A stretch of 50,066 bases of DNA. It comes from an uncultured Eubacteriales bacterium. GTDB lineage: Bacteria > Bacillota > Clostridia > TANB77 > RGIG9151. Below, piece after piece: positions 35,531 through 44,420 of this stretch (positions are counted from its first letter, which is position 1; each line of letters starts with the position of its first letter). Made by a program: the position numbers and the translations under genes. The DNA is taken from the NCBI GenBank assembly GCA_964631135.1, contig CAZVVZ010000001.1, positions 1-50,066 of the forward strand. The letters are read 5' to 3'. The notes below the pieces were generated by a model that saw nothing but the letters and a program-made list of their open reading frames with translations, had not been told where the DNA came from and made no database searches.

Positions 35531-36142
35531 ATGATAAAGAAAATATCTGTTGGAATAATGCCAACAAATTGTTATATAGTTTACGACGACAAGTTCAAAG
35601 AGGCACTGGTTATAGATCCCGGATATGAATCGGAAGAAATTACTAAGTTTATAAAGGAAGAAGAGCTTAATGTAAAATATATTTATTTAACTCATTGCCA
35701 TTTTGATCATATTATGGGAGTTGACTGGCTTAGAAATGAATTAAAAGTTCCGGTTGCCTGTTTAGATAAAGAAGAGGATAATATTAAAGATGAAGATATT
35801 ACTATGGGAAAAGACATTATTTTAAAAGAAATCACAGTCGTTCCGGACAAGATATTTTTTGAAAATGATGAAATTCAAGTAGGCACTCTTAATTTTGAAA
35901 TTATTCATACCCCCGGCCATACATCAGGGTCGAGTTGTTTATACGGAAATGGAATTTTAATTTCCGGAGATACTTTATTTAAAGGCACATATGGAAGATG
36001 TGATTTGCCTACGGGGAATTTATATGAAATAAAAAAATCAATAAAGACCAAACTTTTTGAATTGCCTAACGATACTGTTGTTTATCCGGGGCATGGAGAA
36101 ACAACAACAATTGGTGAGGAAAAGCAAAATGAAGAGCTTTAA
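35531..36142 (+). CDS. MBL-fold metallo-hydrolase (glyoxalase II-like)
   Basis: 203 aa with THCHFDH and HTPGHTSGS motifs. Confidence 0.85.
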   Translation: MIKKISVGIMPTNCYIVYDDKFKEALVIDPGYESEEITKFIKEEELNVKYIYLTHCHFDHIMGVDWLRNELKVPVACLDKEEDNIKDEDITMGKDIILKEITVVPDKIFFENDEIQVGTLNFEIIHTPGHTSGSSCLYGNGILISGDTLFKGTYGRCDLPTGNLYEIKKSIKTKLFELPNDTVVYPGHGETTTIGEEKQNEEL

Positions 36143-36161
36143 TCTACAGCAATGCATTCGA

Positions 36162-36304
36162 GTTGCTATTCAGACTACTAAATAATATATATGTTTTATC
36201 GGAACTCAGGATTTGCGACGAAAGACTTTAAAAAATACGAGAAGTTTTTCGGCAAATATTCGTTCCTTTTAAAACATATATATTATTTTCATATAATAGT
36301 AGCA
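36162..36304 (+). repeat. T1 long-hairpin repeat, copy F, forward, with eroded termini
   Basis: gttgctattcagactactaaataatatatatgttttatcggaactcaggatttgcgacgaaagactt ... aagtttttcggcaaatattcgttccttttaaaacatatatattattttcatataatagtagca. It is bracketed by cattcga at 36155-36161 and 36305-36311. Confidence 0.85.
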
Positions 36305-36398
36305 CATTCGATATTATGTTACAAAAATTTAATATAAAATGTCGTAAAAATATGATAAAATAATAGTCGGAAAGATTTTTTGCTGTGAGGAATTATAT

Positions 36399-37697
36399 AT
36401 GAAGAAGATAATTTACGGTTTTCTTTTAGTATTTATATTATTTAATAGCAGTTTCGCATTTGAGTTGCCTGAAACTGTACGTATTGGACTTAGTTATGGC
36501 AGTAATGCATTAAATAAGTTTACTGTGTCTGCACCGTCCGGAGTTATGATTAGCGATATTGGGAAAATGAACGGCGAAGTTACTGTTGAAAAAAGTGGTG
36601 CTAATAAGATAAAGGTAAGCAGTCCGGCTAAAAGCGATACTTGTACAGTGGATGAAGAATATGGAGTTTCAATCACTACCATTGAGGAAGATGAATTCCT
36701 TTCATATAACGGTAAAGAATATAGAGGAGCTTTAGTAATTTTTAGAATTGACGGAAGTGATTTAACGGTAATAAATGTCCTGGACTTAGAAGAGTATTTA
36801 TATGGGGTAGTTCCTAAAGAAATTGCGACGGGCCATCCCATGGAAGCATTAAAGGCTCAAGCTGTTGCGGCAAGAACATATACTTGTACAATGCTTGATA
36901 AGTATAAGAAATGGAAATTTGATTTAACATACACAACTGCGGATCAGGCTTATGGCGGAGTTTCGGCAGAACATGAAGATACAACGAAAGCTGTAGATAA
37001 AACTAGGGGCGAGATCGCGACGTATGAGGGTGAACCGATTACGACATACTATTTTTCCACAAGTGCCGGATATACTGAAAACTCTGAGAATGTTTGGACA
37101 GCTAAAATCCCGTATTTAGTGGCAGTAGAAGATAAATACCAGCCTGAAGGGCTTTCGACTTCTAACTGGTCGGTAACTTTTACGGCAGAACAAATAAAAG
37201 ATATTTTGGCAAATAAATCTAAAAAAATCGGCACATTACTTGGAATAAACAGTTTAAAAAAATCGCCGAGCGGAGCTGTTTTAGAGCTTGAGTTTAAAGG
37301 AAGCGACGACTCATATGTGGTTACTAAAGAGAATGCAAGATTTTTTTACGGGACAAGTGAAGTAAAAAGTCAGTTTTATGATATAGAAACAGATGCATCG
37401 GTATCAATAATTGATGTAGACGGCAATACTTCAACAAAAAATTTTTCTGAAGTGAGTGTAGCTAAAAGTAAAGGAACTGAAAATATTTCTTCTGAGCTGG
37501 AAAAAATAGTAGTTAAGGGTAAAGACAAAGAAACGGAATACTCTGTTATTCCCACTAAATATGTGCTAAATGGGAAAGGCTGGGGACATGGAGTAGGAAT
37601 GAGCCAAAATGGCGCAATAGGTATGGCTGAGGAAGGTTTTAAATATGATGAGATTTTAAAATGGTATTACACAGGAATAGAAATTGAAGAATTTTAG
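36399..37697 (+). CDS. spoIID: SpoIID/LytB-domain protein (stage II sporulation protein D-like)
   Basis: 432 aa with a signal peptide, plus EEYLYGVVPKEI, ALKAQAVAARTY and GHGVGMSQNGA. Confidence 0.75.
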   Translation: MKKIIYGFLLVFILFNSSFAFELPETVRIGLSYGSNALNKFTVSAPSGVMISDIGKMNGEVTVEKSGANKIKVSSPAKSDTCTVDEEYGVSITTIEEDEFLSYNGKEYRGALVIFRIDGSDLTVINVLDLEEYLYGVVPKEIATGHPMEALKAQAVAARTYTCTMLDKYKKWKFDLTYTTADQAYGGVSAEHEDTTKAVDKTRGEIATYEGEPITTYYFSTSAGYTENSENVWTAKIPYLVAVEDKYQPEGLSTSNWSVTFTAEQIKDILANKSKKIGTLLGINSLKKSPSGAVLELEFKGSDDSYVVTKENARFFYGTSEVKSQFYDIETDASVSIIDVDGNTSTKNFSEVSVAKSKGTENISSELEKIVVKGKDKETEYSVIPTKYVLNGKGWGHGVGMSQNGAIGMAEEGFKYDEILKWYYTGIEIEEF

Positions 37698-37724
37698 TAT
37701 AAATTTAGAATAATATTAGAAAAG

Positions 37725-38645
37725 ATGGGAGTGATAAATTTGTATAACGAAATTGAGAAATTTATTTCTGATAAAACTAAAATCACATATAATGAAAATA
37801 TGAAAAATCATACCAGCTTTAAAATTGGCGGTGTTGCTGACTGTTTTATTGTTGTAAATTCTGAAATTGAACTTATACAAATTCTGAAATATATAAAAGA
37901 AAACAATATCCCATTTTTTATTATGGGGAACGGAAGCAATTTACTGATATCAGATAGAGGAATAAGAGGAATCGTCATAAAACTGGGAGAAGAATTTAAA
38001 AAAATATCTTTTGACGGTAGTTATGTTACGGTTGGCGCAGCTTGCAGTGTGAATGCTTTGGCACAGAGTACTTTGGAAAATTCACTTACCGGTTTTGAGT
38101 GGGCTTTCGGGATACCGGGTACAGTGGGAGGAGCTGTTTTTATGAATGCCGGTGCATATGGCGGCTCTATGGAGGACGTTGTTGAAAAAACAATGTACTT
38201 AGATGAAGAATTTAATATATGTACGTTAGAGAAAGAAACTCATAATTTTGGCTATAGGAAAAGTGCATTTAAATTAGGAGAGATTAAAGGTATAATATTA
38301 AAATCTGTAATTAAATTAAGCGACGGTAAAAAAGAAGAAATTTGGGCAAACATGCAAAAATATATAGGTGCGAGGATAGATAAACAGCCGCTTAATATGC
38401 CGAGTGCCGGCAGTGTTTTTAAAAGGCCGGATGGACACTATGTAGGTAAAATGGTTGAGGAACTTGGACTTAAGGGATTTTCTATCGGAGGAGCGCAAGT
38501 GTCTGAAAAGCATGCCGGTTTTATAGTTAATACCGGAAATGCTACTGCAGAAGACGTAAAAGAATTGATTAAATATATAAAAATCAAAGTGAAAGAAAAA
38601 TATAATATAGAATTAGAAACAGAAATTTTGGAGGTGGGCGAATGA
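37725..38645 (+). CDS. murB: UDP-N-acetylenolpyruvoylglucosamine reductase
   Basis: 306 aa with HTSFKIGG, GNGSNLL and AGSVFKRP. Confidence 0.9.
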   Translation: MGVINLYNEIEKFISDKTKITYNENMKNHTSFKIGGVADCFIVVNSEIELIQILKYIKENNIPFFIMGNGSNLLISDRGIRGIVIKLGEEFKKISFDGSYVTVGAACSVNALAQSTLENSLTGFEWAFGIPGTVGGAVFMNAGAYGGSMEDVVEKTMYLDEEFNICTLEKETHNFGYRKSAFKLGEIKGIILKSVIKLSDGKKEEIWANMQKYIGARIDKQPLNMPSAGSVFKRPDGHYVGKMVEELGLKGFSIGGAQVSEKHAGFIVNTGNATAEDVKELIKYIKIKVKEKYNIELETEILEVGE

Positions 38646-39502
38646 GAATAGTAATTGTAACAGGTGTATCCGGTGCCGGTAAAAGCCAAGCTGTAAAAAT
38701 TTTGGAGGATATGGATTTCTTTTGTGTGGACAATCTTCCACCTGCTATTGTACCTAAGTTTTTGGAAATATGTAAAATGTCGGAAGACAAAATAGAAAAT
38801 GTTGCAATAGTTATGGACTTAAGAGCCGGGAAATTGTTTGAAAATTCTGTTTCCACGACTTTATCCACAATCGAGGATTCGGGATATAAGTATGAGATAT
38901 TGTTTTTAGATGCTTCGGATGAAACTCTAATAAAAAGATTCAAAACCACAAGGAGACGTCACCCTCTTTCACCAAATGACAGACTGGAAGTAGGCATTAA
39001 AAAGGAAAGAGAGAAATTACAGGCTATCAGAAAAAGAGCAGATTATGTTGTTGATACGTCTAATTTAACGACAAAAAAGTTAAGAGAACAGCTATTAGAT
39101 ATTTTTGAATATGGTAAAAAATTTGAGGAGCTATTTATCGGAATAACATCTTTCGGATTTAAAAACGGAATACCAAATGATGTGGATTTGGTGTTTGATG
39201 CCAGATTTTTACCGAATCCTTATCATGTGGATTCTTTGAGAGAATTTACGGGAAGGAATGAAAAAATCAAAGACTATGTTATGAGATTTCCGGAAACGGA
39301 GATACTTATTACTAAAATTATGGACTATTTAGAATTTGTTATTCCTGAGTATATAAAAGAAGGCAGAACACAGCTTATTGTCGGGATAGGTTGCACAGGA
39401 GGCAAGCATAGATCTGTTGTGCTGACCGAAGAGATAACAAAACGCTTAACTGAGCACGGACATAGAGTCCAGATGTCTCATAGAGATATAGCAAAAGAAT
39501 AA
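38642..39502 (+). CDS. rapZ: RNase adapter / nucleotide-binding protein RapZ (YvcJ)
   Basis: P-loop VTGVSGAGKSQA, plus FLDASDETLIKRF and GCTGGKHRSV. Confidence 0.9.
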   Translation: MRIVIVTGVSGAGKSQAVKILEDMDFFCVDNLPPAIVPKFLEICKMSEDKIENVAIVMDLRAGKLFENSVSTTLSTIEDSGYKYEILFLDASDETLIKRFKTTRRRHPLSPNDRLEVGIKKEREKLQAIRKRADYVVDTSNLTTKKLREQLLDIFEYGKKFEELFIGITSFGFKNGIPNDVDLVFDARFLPNPYHVDSLREFTGRNEKIKDYVMRFPETEILITKIMDYLEFVIPEYIKEGRTQLIVGIGCTGGKHRSVVLTEEITKRLTEHGHRVQMSHRDIAKE

Positions 39503-39514
39503 GGGGGTAATTTT

Positions 39515-40234
39515 ATGTATGAAGAAAACAATAATGTTATACAAGATGTAGGAGGACGTTCGAGATTTTTTGCAAGTGTATTTATGTGGATGTTTATGGG
39601 TATATTGATTACCGCATTAACATCATACGGTTTAGTTACAACAGGATTATCATATCTATTTTGGATGAATCCGATGCTTATATGGATATTTGCTATAGCA
39701 GAAGTTATTTTGGTAATATATATTTCTAAAATGCTTACATCAGAAAATATGTCATCTAGCAGAGCAAAAATAGCATTTGTGGCATACTCTGTTGTAAATG
39801 GCATTACATTGGCATCTATATTTTATGTATATAATATAGGACTTATATATAAAGCATTTATGGGAAGTGCGCTAATGTTTGGAGCTATGGCATTTTACGG
39901 ACATTATACAAAAGCTGATTTAAGTAAATTCGCATCTATACTTATTATGGGGTTATTCGGTGTAATAATAATGACATTTATAAACTATATATTTAGCTTT
40001 TTCGGAATGTATAGTGGCACATTAGATATCGCATTAGGATATATTACTTTGGTTATATTTTTAGGATTGACTGCATGGGATATGCAAAAATTAAAAGCTA
40101 TATATAACTATGCAAACGGAAATGAAGAAATGGTGCAAACATTGGCTATTTATGGAGCACTTAGTCTGTATTTAGACTTTATCAATTTATTATTATCTCT
40201 TCTTAGAATAGCAGGTGGCTCATCAAAAGATTAA
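39515..40234 (+). CDS. BAX inhibitor-1/YccA-family membrane protein
   Basis: 239 aa with 7 hydrophobic helices and a conserved C-terminal block GALSLYLDFINLLLSLLR. Confidence 0.85.
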   Translation: MYEENNNVIQDVGGRSRFFASVFMWMFMGILITALTSYGLVTTGLSYLFWMNPMLIWIFAIAEVILVIYISKMLTSENMSSSRAKIAFVAYSVVNGITLASIFYVYNIGLIYKAFMGSALMFGAMAFYGHYTKADLSKFASILIMGLFGVIIMTFINYIFSFFGMYSGTLDIALGYITLVIFLGLTAWDMQKLKAIYNYANGNEEMVQTLAIYGALSLYLDFINLLLSLLRIAGGSSKD

Positions 40235-40260
40235 AATGTTTGATATTGTTTAGAAAAAAT

Positions 40261-40297
40261 AATGGGGATTTTTTTGCATCCCCATTATTTTTTTTTA
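40261..40297 (+). terminator. Rho-independent terminator (A-tract upstream, so potentially bidirectional)
   Basis: aatgggga-tttttttgca-tccccatt followed by atttttttttt. Confidence 0.8.
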
Positions 40298-40375
40298 CAA
40301 CCTTAAAACTAGCATAGCAATTCAGCTTGGGCAATCTTCGATTTACATAACATTTAAAAAGTTTTAAAAAAGTAT

Positions 40376-40402
40376 TAAGGTATTTTAAGTTCGGGTCGAT
40401 AT
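40376..40402 (+). promoter_or_regulatory. Candidate sigma-D (sigma-28) promoter for flagellin 1: TAAG-N17-CGATAT
   Basis: taag at 40376 and cgatat at 40397. The same TAAG-N17-CGATA spacing recurs upstream of flagellin 4. Confidence 0.45.
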
Positions 40403-40617
40403 ATACTGTGAACGGATAGAGTATCCAAACTCGAATTCCGGAAAGCATAATAATCAAGGAAGATTTCAGTGTTCACGGACGAATACTTATGAAAAGAGAC
40501 CTAAAAATAAAGGGTTTATTCTCTTTGTTTTTAAGTATCTCAATTTCCGGAATTCTGAGCGAGATGCAGTATCTGTTTTTTGTTTTAAAAAAATTAAAAC
40601 AGAAAGGAGGGAGAGTG

Positions 40618-41763
40618 ATGCGAATCAATACAAATGTAATGGCCTTAAATGCACAAAATATGCTGTCTAAGAACCAAAATGATGTGGAAAAATCAATTCA
40701 GAAATTATCTTCAGGTCTTAAGATAAACGGAGCTTCAGACGATGCTTCAGGACTTGCGATAAGTGAAAAGATGAGAGCACAGATAAAAGGATTGAATCAA
40801 GCTCAATCCAATGCACAAGACGGCATATCGTTATTACAAACTGCAGAAGGTGCTTTACAGCAATCTACCGATATTCTTCAAAGGATGCGAGAGCTTGTTA
40901 TTAAGGCGCAAAACACAGGCGTATTGACGGATGAAGACAGAACGTCTATTAGTAACGAACTTAGTACACTTCGTGATGAAATTGACAGAATTTCAACATC
41001 TACAACATTCAACGGCAAGAAACTTTTAACCGGTGACATGGGAACAAAAGTGGCTACTAATAGCCTCACTAATGCAGTAGCAGTAGATGCTTCAAATGCA
41101 AAAGAGGGGATAGAGTATACATTTTCCTATGACTCTACTAAGGAAAAAATAAAAGTTTCTTGGACAGATGACGGTGTAGCAAAAACTGATTATTCAGACA
41201 AGACATATGTTTCTGATACAGATACGGTGTCAGGTCAAGTTAATTTTTCAGGAGCAGGAATAAGTATCGATTACGGTGAGACGGGTGTTACAGTAACAAA
41301 TGCTATTGCCGGTACTAAAGTAGCAACGGCAGATGTAGCAAGTGGGCAAAGAGCGGAATTTAAGATTGGCGCTAATACTTATACACAAGACGTAATGTTT
41401 GTTGGTATAAGTGACATGAGTTCGAAGGGACTAAATAAAACAGATAAAACTGAAAAATTCTCTATCGATATCAGTACAGCACAAAAAGCGAATGAAGCTT
41501 TAAGTGCAATAGATTATGCACTAAATAAAGTTTCAGAGCAAAGATCAAGCTTAGGTACCGTTCAAAACAGGATGGAATATTCCAGTAATAATCTATCCAC
41601 AACGGAAGAAAATTTAACAGCTGCCGAGTCAAGAATCAGGGATGTTGACATGGCAGAAGAAATGGTAACATACACCAAAAACAGTATTCTAAATGAGTCT
41701 GCTATGGCGATGTTATCTCAGGCAAATAAACAGCCTGAAAAAATTCTTACTTTATTACAGTAA
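40618..41763 (+). CDS. fliC: Flagellin paralog 1
   Basis: The start is taken at MRINTNVMALNAQN, 7 nt after aaaggaggg. It has conserved D0/D1 N- and C-termini (…SRIRDVDMAEEMV.YTK.SIL…LLQ) and a divergent centre. Confidence 0.92.
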   Translation: MRINTNVMALNAQNMLSKNQNDVEKSIQKLSSGLKINGASDDASGLAISEKMRAQIKGLNQAQSNAQDGISLLQTAEGALQQSTDILQRMRELVIKAQNTGVLTDEDRTSISNELSTLRDEIDRISTSTTFNGKKLLTGDMGTKVATNSLTNAVAVDASNAKEGIEYTFSYDSTKEKIKVSWTDDGVAKTDYSDKTYVSDTDTVSGQVNFSGAGISIDYGETGVTVTNAIAGTKVATADVASGQRAEFKIGANTYTQDVMFVGISDMSSKGLNKTDKTEKFSIDISTAQKANEALSAIDYALNKVSEQRSSLGTVQNRMEYSSNNLSTTEENLTAAESRIRDVDMAEEMVTYTKNSILNESAMAMLSQANKQPEKILTLLQ

Positions 41764-41836
41764 GAGTAGACTTAAGTTAATATGTAATGAAAGTCACGGA
41801 TGAAAAAAATAATTAAAATTCAGGGAGGAATTTATT

Positions 41837-42979
41837 ATGAGAATTAATACTAATGTTATGGCGTTAAACGCACAAAACAAATTAACAAAAAACCAATCAA
41901 GTGTAGAAAAGTCAATCCAAAGATTGTCTTCAGGTTTAAGAATCAACAGTGCAGCTGATGATGCTGCAGGACTTGCAATCAGTGAAAAAATGCGTGCACA
42001 AATCAGAGGTCTTGGTCAAGCTCAAGACAATGCACAGGACGGTATTTCCTTAATTCAAACAGCAGAGGGTGCTTTACAACAAACAACAGACATTCTTCAG
42101 AGAATGAGAGAGCTTGTTATTAAAGCCCAAAACACAGGTGTATTAACAGATAACGATAGAACATCTATCTCAAGCGAGTTAAGTACACTACGTGATGAAA
42201 TTGACAGAATTGCTACTTCTACAACATTTAACAGTAAAAAACTATTAAATGGTGAATTAGGAAATGAAATGGAATCTGCTAATATTGGCTCATATGCAAG
42301 AATAGATGTAGCTAATGCTGATTCAAGCACGGAATATACGATTGCAAATACTGTAGATTCAAACGGAAGATTACAAATGACATGGACTGATGAAGCAGGT
42401 AGTACACATACAGCAGTGTCAGATATATCTTTTGGTAGTGGTGCAACTGCTGTTGCAGGAAGGGTTAACTTTGCTGATGCAGGAATAATTGTAGATTTCG
42501 GCGACGATGATGTAGCATTAGCAAGTGCAGCCGGAACAATTACAACATCTGCTGCTCAGAAAAGAGCAGACTTTAAGATTGGTGCAAACACATATGAAGA
42601 AGACGTTTTATCGTGCGGCATTAGTGATATGTCCTCAACTGGATTAAACAGAGATATGAAAGCTAATGAAAAGTTCGGAATAGACATAAGCACAGCTGAT
42701 TTAGCTAATGAAACATTAGATAATTTGGACTATGCTTTAGAGACAGTTGCATCACAGAGATCCACTCTTGGTGTTATGCAGAACAGAATGGAATATGCGG
42801 TAAGCAACTTATCTACAACCGAAGAAAACTTAACATCTGCTGAATCTCGTATCCGTGACGTAGATATGGCTGAAGAAATGGTAAGCTATACAAAGGATAG
42901 CATATTAAATCAATCTGCTATGGCGATGTTAGCACAAGCAAATCAACAGCCACAAGCGATCCTTTCATTACTTCAATAA
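41837..42979 (+). CDS. fliC: Flagellin paralog 2
   Basis: 380 aa, MRINTNVMALNAQNKL..., with SD cagggagga. Confidence 0.93.
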   Translation: MRINTNVMALNAQNKLTKNQSSVEKSIQRLSSGLRINSAADDAAGLAISEKMRAQIRGLGQAQDNAQDGISLIQTAEGALQQTTDILQRMRELVIKAQNTGVLTDNDRTSISSELSTLRDEIDRIATSTTFNSKKLLNGELGNEMESANIGSYARIDVANADSSTEYTIANTVDSNGRLQMTWTDEAGSTHTAVSDISFGSGATAVAGRVNFADAGIIVDFGDDDVALASAAGTITTSAAQKRADFKIGANTYEEDVLSCGISDMSSTGLNRDMKANEKFGIDISTADLANETLDNLDYALETVASQRSTLGVMQNRMEYAVSNLSTTEENLTSAESRIRDVDMAEEMVSYTKDSILNQSAMAMLAQANQQPQAILSLLQ

Positions 42980-42999
42980 CGGAGAAGTAATGTTCTCCG
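42980..42999 (+). terminator. Weak hairpin after flagellin 2 (cggagaa-gtaatg-ttctccg), no clean U-tract
   Basis: A 7-bp stem directly after the stop codon. The downstream sequence gaattgaagttttt has only a distal T-run. Confidence 0.3.
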
Positions 43000-43050
43000 G
43001 AATTGAAGTTTTTCAAGGATGAGAAATTTCAAATTCAAGGAGGAATTATT

Positions 43051-44169
43051 ATGAGAATTAATACAAACGTAATGGCATTAAATGCCCAAAATAAGTTATC
43101 AGCAAATGAAAGTAGTGTAGAAAAATCAATTCAAAGATTATCTTCAGGTTTAAGAATTAACAGTGCAGCAGACGATGCATCAGGCTTAGCAATAAGTGAA
43201 AAGATGCGTGCTCAGATCAGAGGCTTAGATCAAGCCCAATCTAATGCACAAGACGGTATATCGTTATTACAAACAGCTGAAGGTGCTTTACAACAAACAA
43301 CAGACATTCTTCAAAGAATGAGAGAGCTTGTTATTAAAGCTCAGAACACAGGTGTGTTAACAGACAACGATAGAACATCTATCTCAAACGAACTTAGCAC
43401 ACTACAGGATGAAATCGACAGAATTGCTACATCTACTACATTTAACGGAAAGAAATTGTTAGATGGCAGTATGTCAACAAAGCTTGATGCTGGCTCAACC
43501 ATTACTGGGCTTAAAAATGTTGATGTTGCATCTGCTGATGCAGGAAAAACATTTACCTTAGCAGCAACTTTTGACAACAATAGATTAAAAATAACTGATG
43601 AAGATGGTAATGTATCATATTCAGATGTAACATTTACAAATACAAAATCTATTAGCGGTAAAGTAACATTTGCAGATATCGGAGTTTCTATAGACTTTGG
43701 TGATGAAGATGTTGAACTTGCAACAAAGACAATAAAAACAGCAGCAGTTACAAACAGAGCTGACTTCAAGATTGGTGCTAATACATTTGATGAGGACGTT
43801 TTATCAGCCGGTATCGGAGATATGTCCGCTGTAGGACTAAATAGAAATATGGGTACTGAAAAATTCTCAATTGATATTAGTAGTGCTACAACAGCAAATG
43901 ATACGTTAGATGCGATTGACTATGCACTTGATAAAGTATCTGCTCAAAGATCTAATCTTGGTGTTATCCAAAACAGAATGGAATATGCAGTAAGCAACTT
44001 ATCTACAACCGAAGAAAACTTAACAGCTGCTGAATCTCGTATCAGAGATGTAGATATGGCTGAAGAGATGGTATCTTATACAAAGAACTCTATCTTAAAT
44101 CAATCTGCTATGTCAATGTTAGCTCAGGCAAATCAACAACCACAAACAATCTTGTCATTACTACAATAG
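43051..44169 (+). CDS. fliC: Flagellin paralog 3
   Basis: The start is taken at MRINTNVMALNAQNKLSANE after caaggagga. Conserved termini, unique central region. Confidence 0.93.
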   Translation: MRINTNVMALNAQNKLSANESSVEKSIQRLSSGLRINSAADDASGLAISEKMRAQIRGLDQAQSNAQDGISLLQTAEGALQQTTDILQRMRELVIKAQNTGVLTDNDRTSISNELSTLQDEIDRIATSTTFNGKKLLDGSMSTKLDAGSTITGLKNVDVASADAGKTFTLAATFDNNRLKITDEDGNVSYSDVTFTNTKSISGKVTFADIGVSIDFGDEDVELATKTIKTAAVTNRADFKIGANTFDEDVLSAGIGDMSAVGLNRNMGTEKFSIDISSATTANDTLDAIDYALDKVSAQRSNLGVIQNRMEYAVSNLSTTEENLTAAESRIRDVDMAEEMVSYTKNSILNQSAMSMLAQANQQPQTILSLLQ

Positions 44170-44300
44170 AAAAGGATAAGTGGTCTTTAATATAAAAATA
44201 ATTGGCACTGAATATTAAAGACAATATCTAAGATACATATAAATTTAAGTGTGTTCTTAAATTATACGGCGAAAAAAATAAGAAAATACAAAAAATAAGT

Positions 44301-44327
44301 TAAGTAAATAATTGGTTTAGACGATAC
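44301..44327 (+). promoter_or_regulatory. Candidate sigma-D promoter for flagellin 4: TAAG-N17-CGATAC
   Basis: taag at 44301 and cgatac at 44322, about 95 nt upstream of the ATG. Confidence 0.4.
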
Positions 44328-44420
44328 TCTAAACAGCCGAGAGACTCTTTGCACTGGCAAGGAGTTTTTGGCGTTGACACAAGGAAGATGTCAATACAAA
44401 GAATTCAAGGAGGAATTTAT

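Noticed and set aside
40203-40457. 84-aa minus-strand ORF downstream of the BI-1 gene.
   Set aside because: It spans the strong bidirectional terminator at 40261-40297 and the flagellin promoter region. It has no SD and atypical composition.
40489-40617. N-terminal extensions of the flagellin ORFs in the track (also 43003-43050 and 44349-44420).
   Set aside because: All four paralogs share the MRINTN start, each 6-8 nt after a strong GGAGG-type SD. The extensions are not conserved between paralogs.
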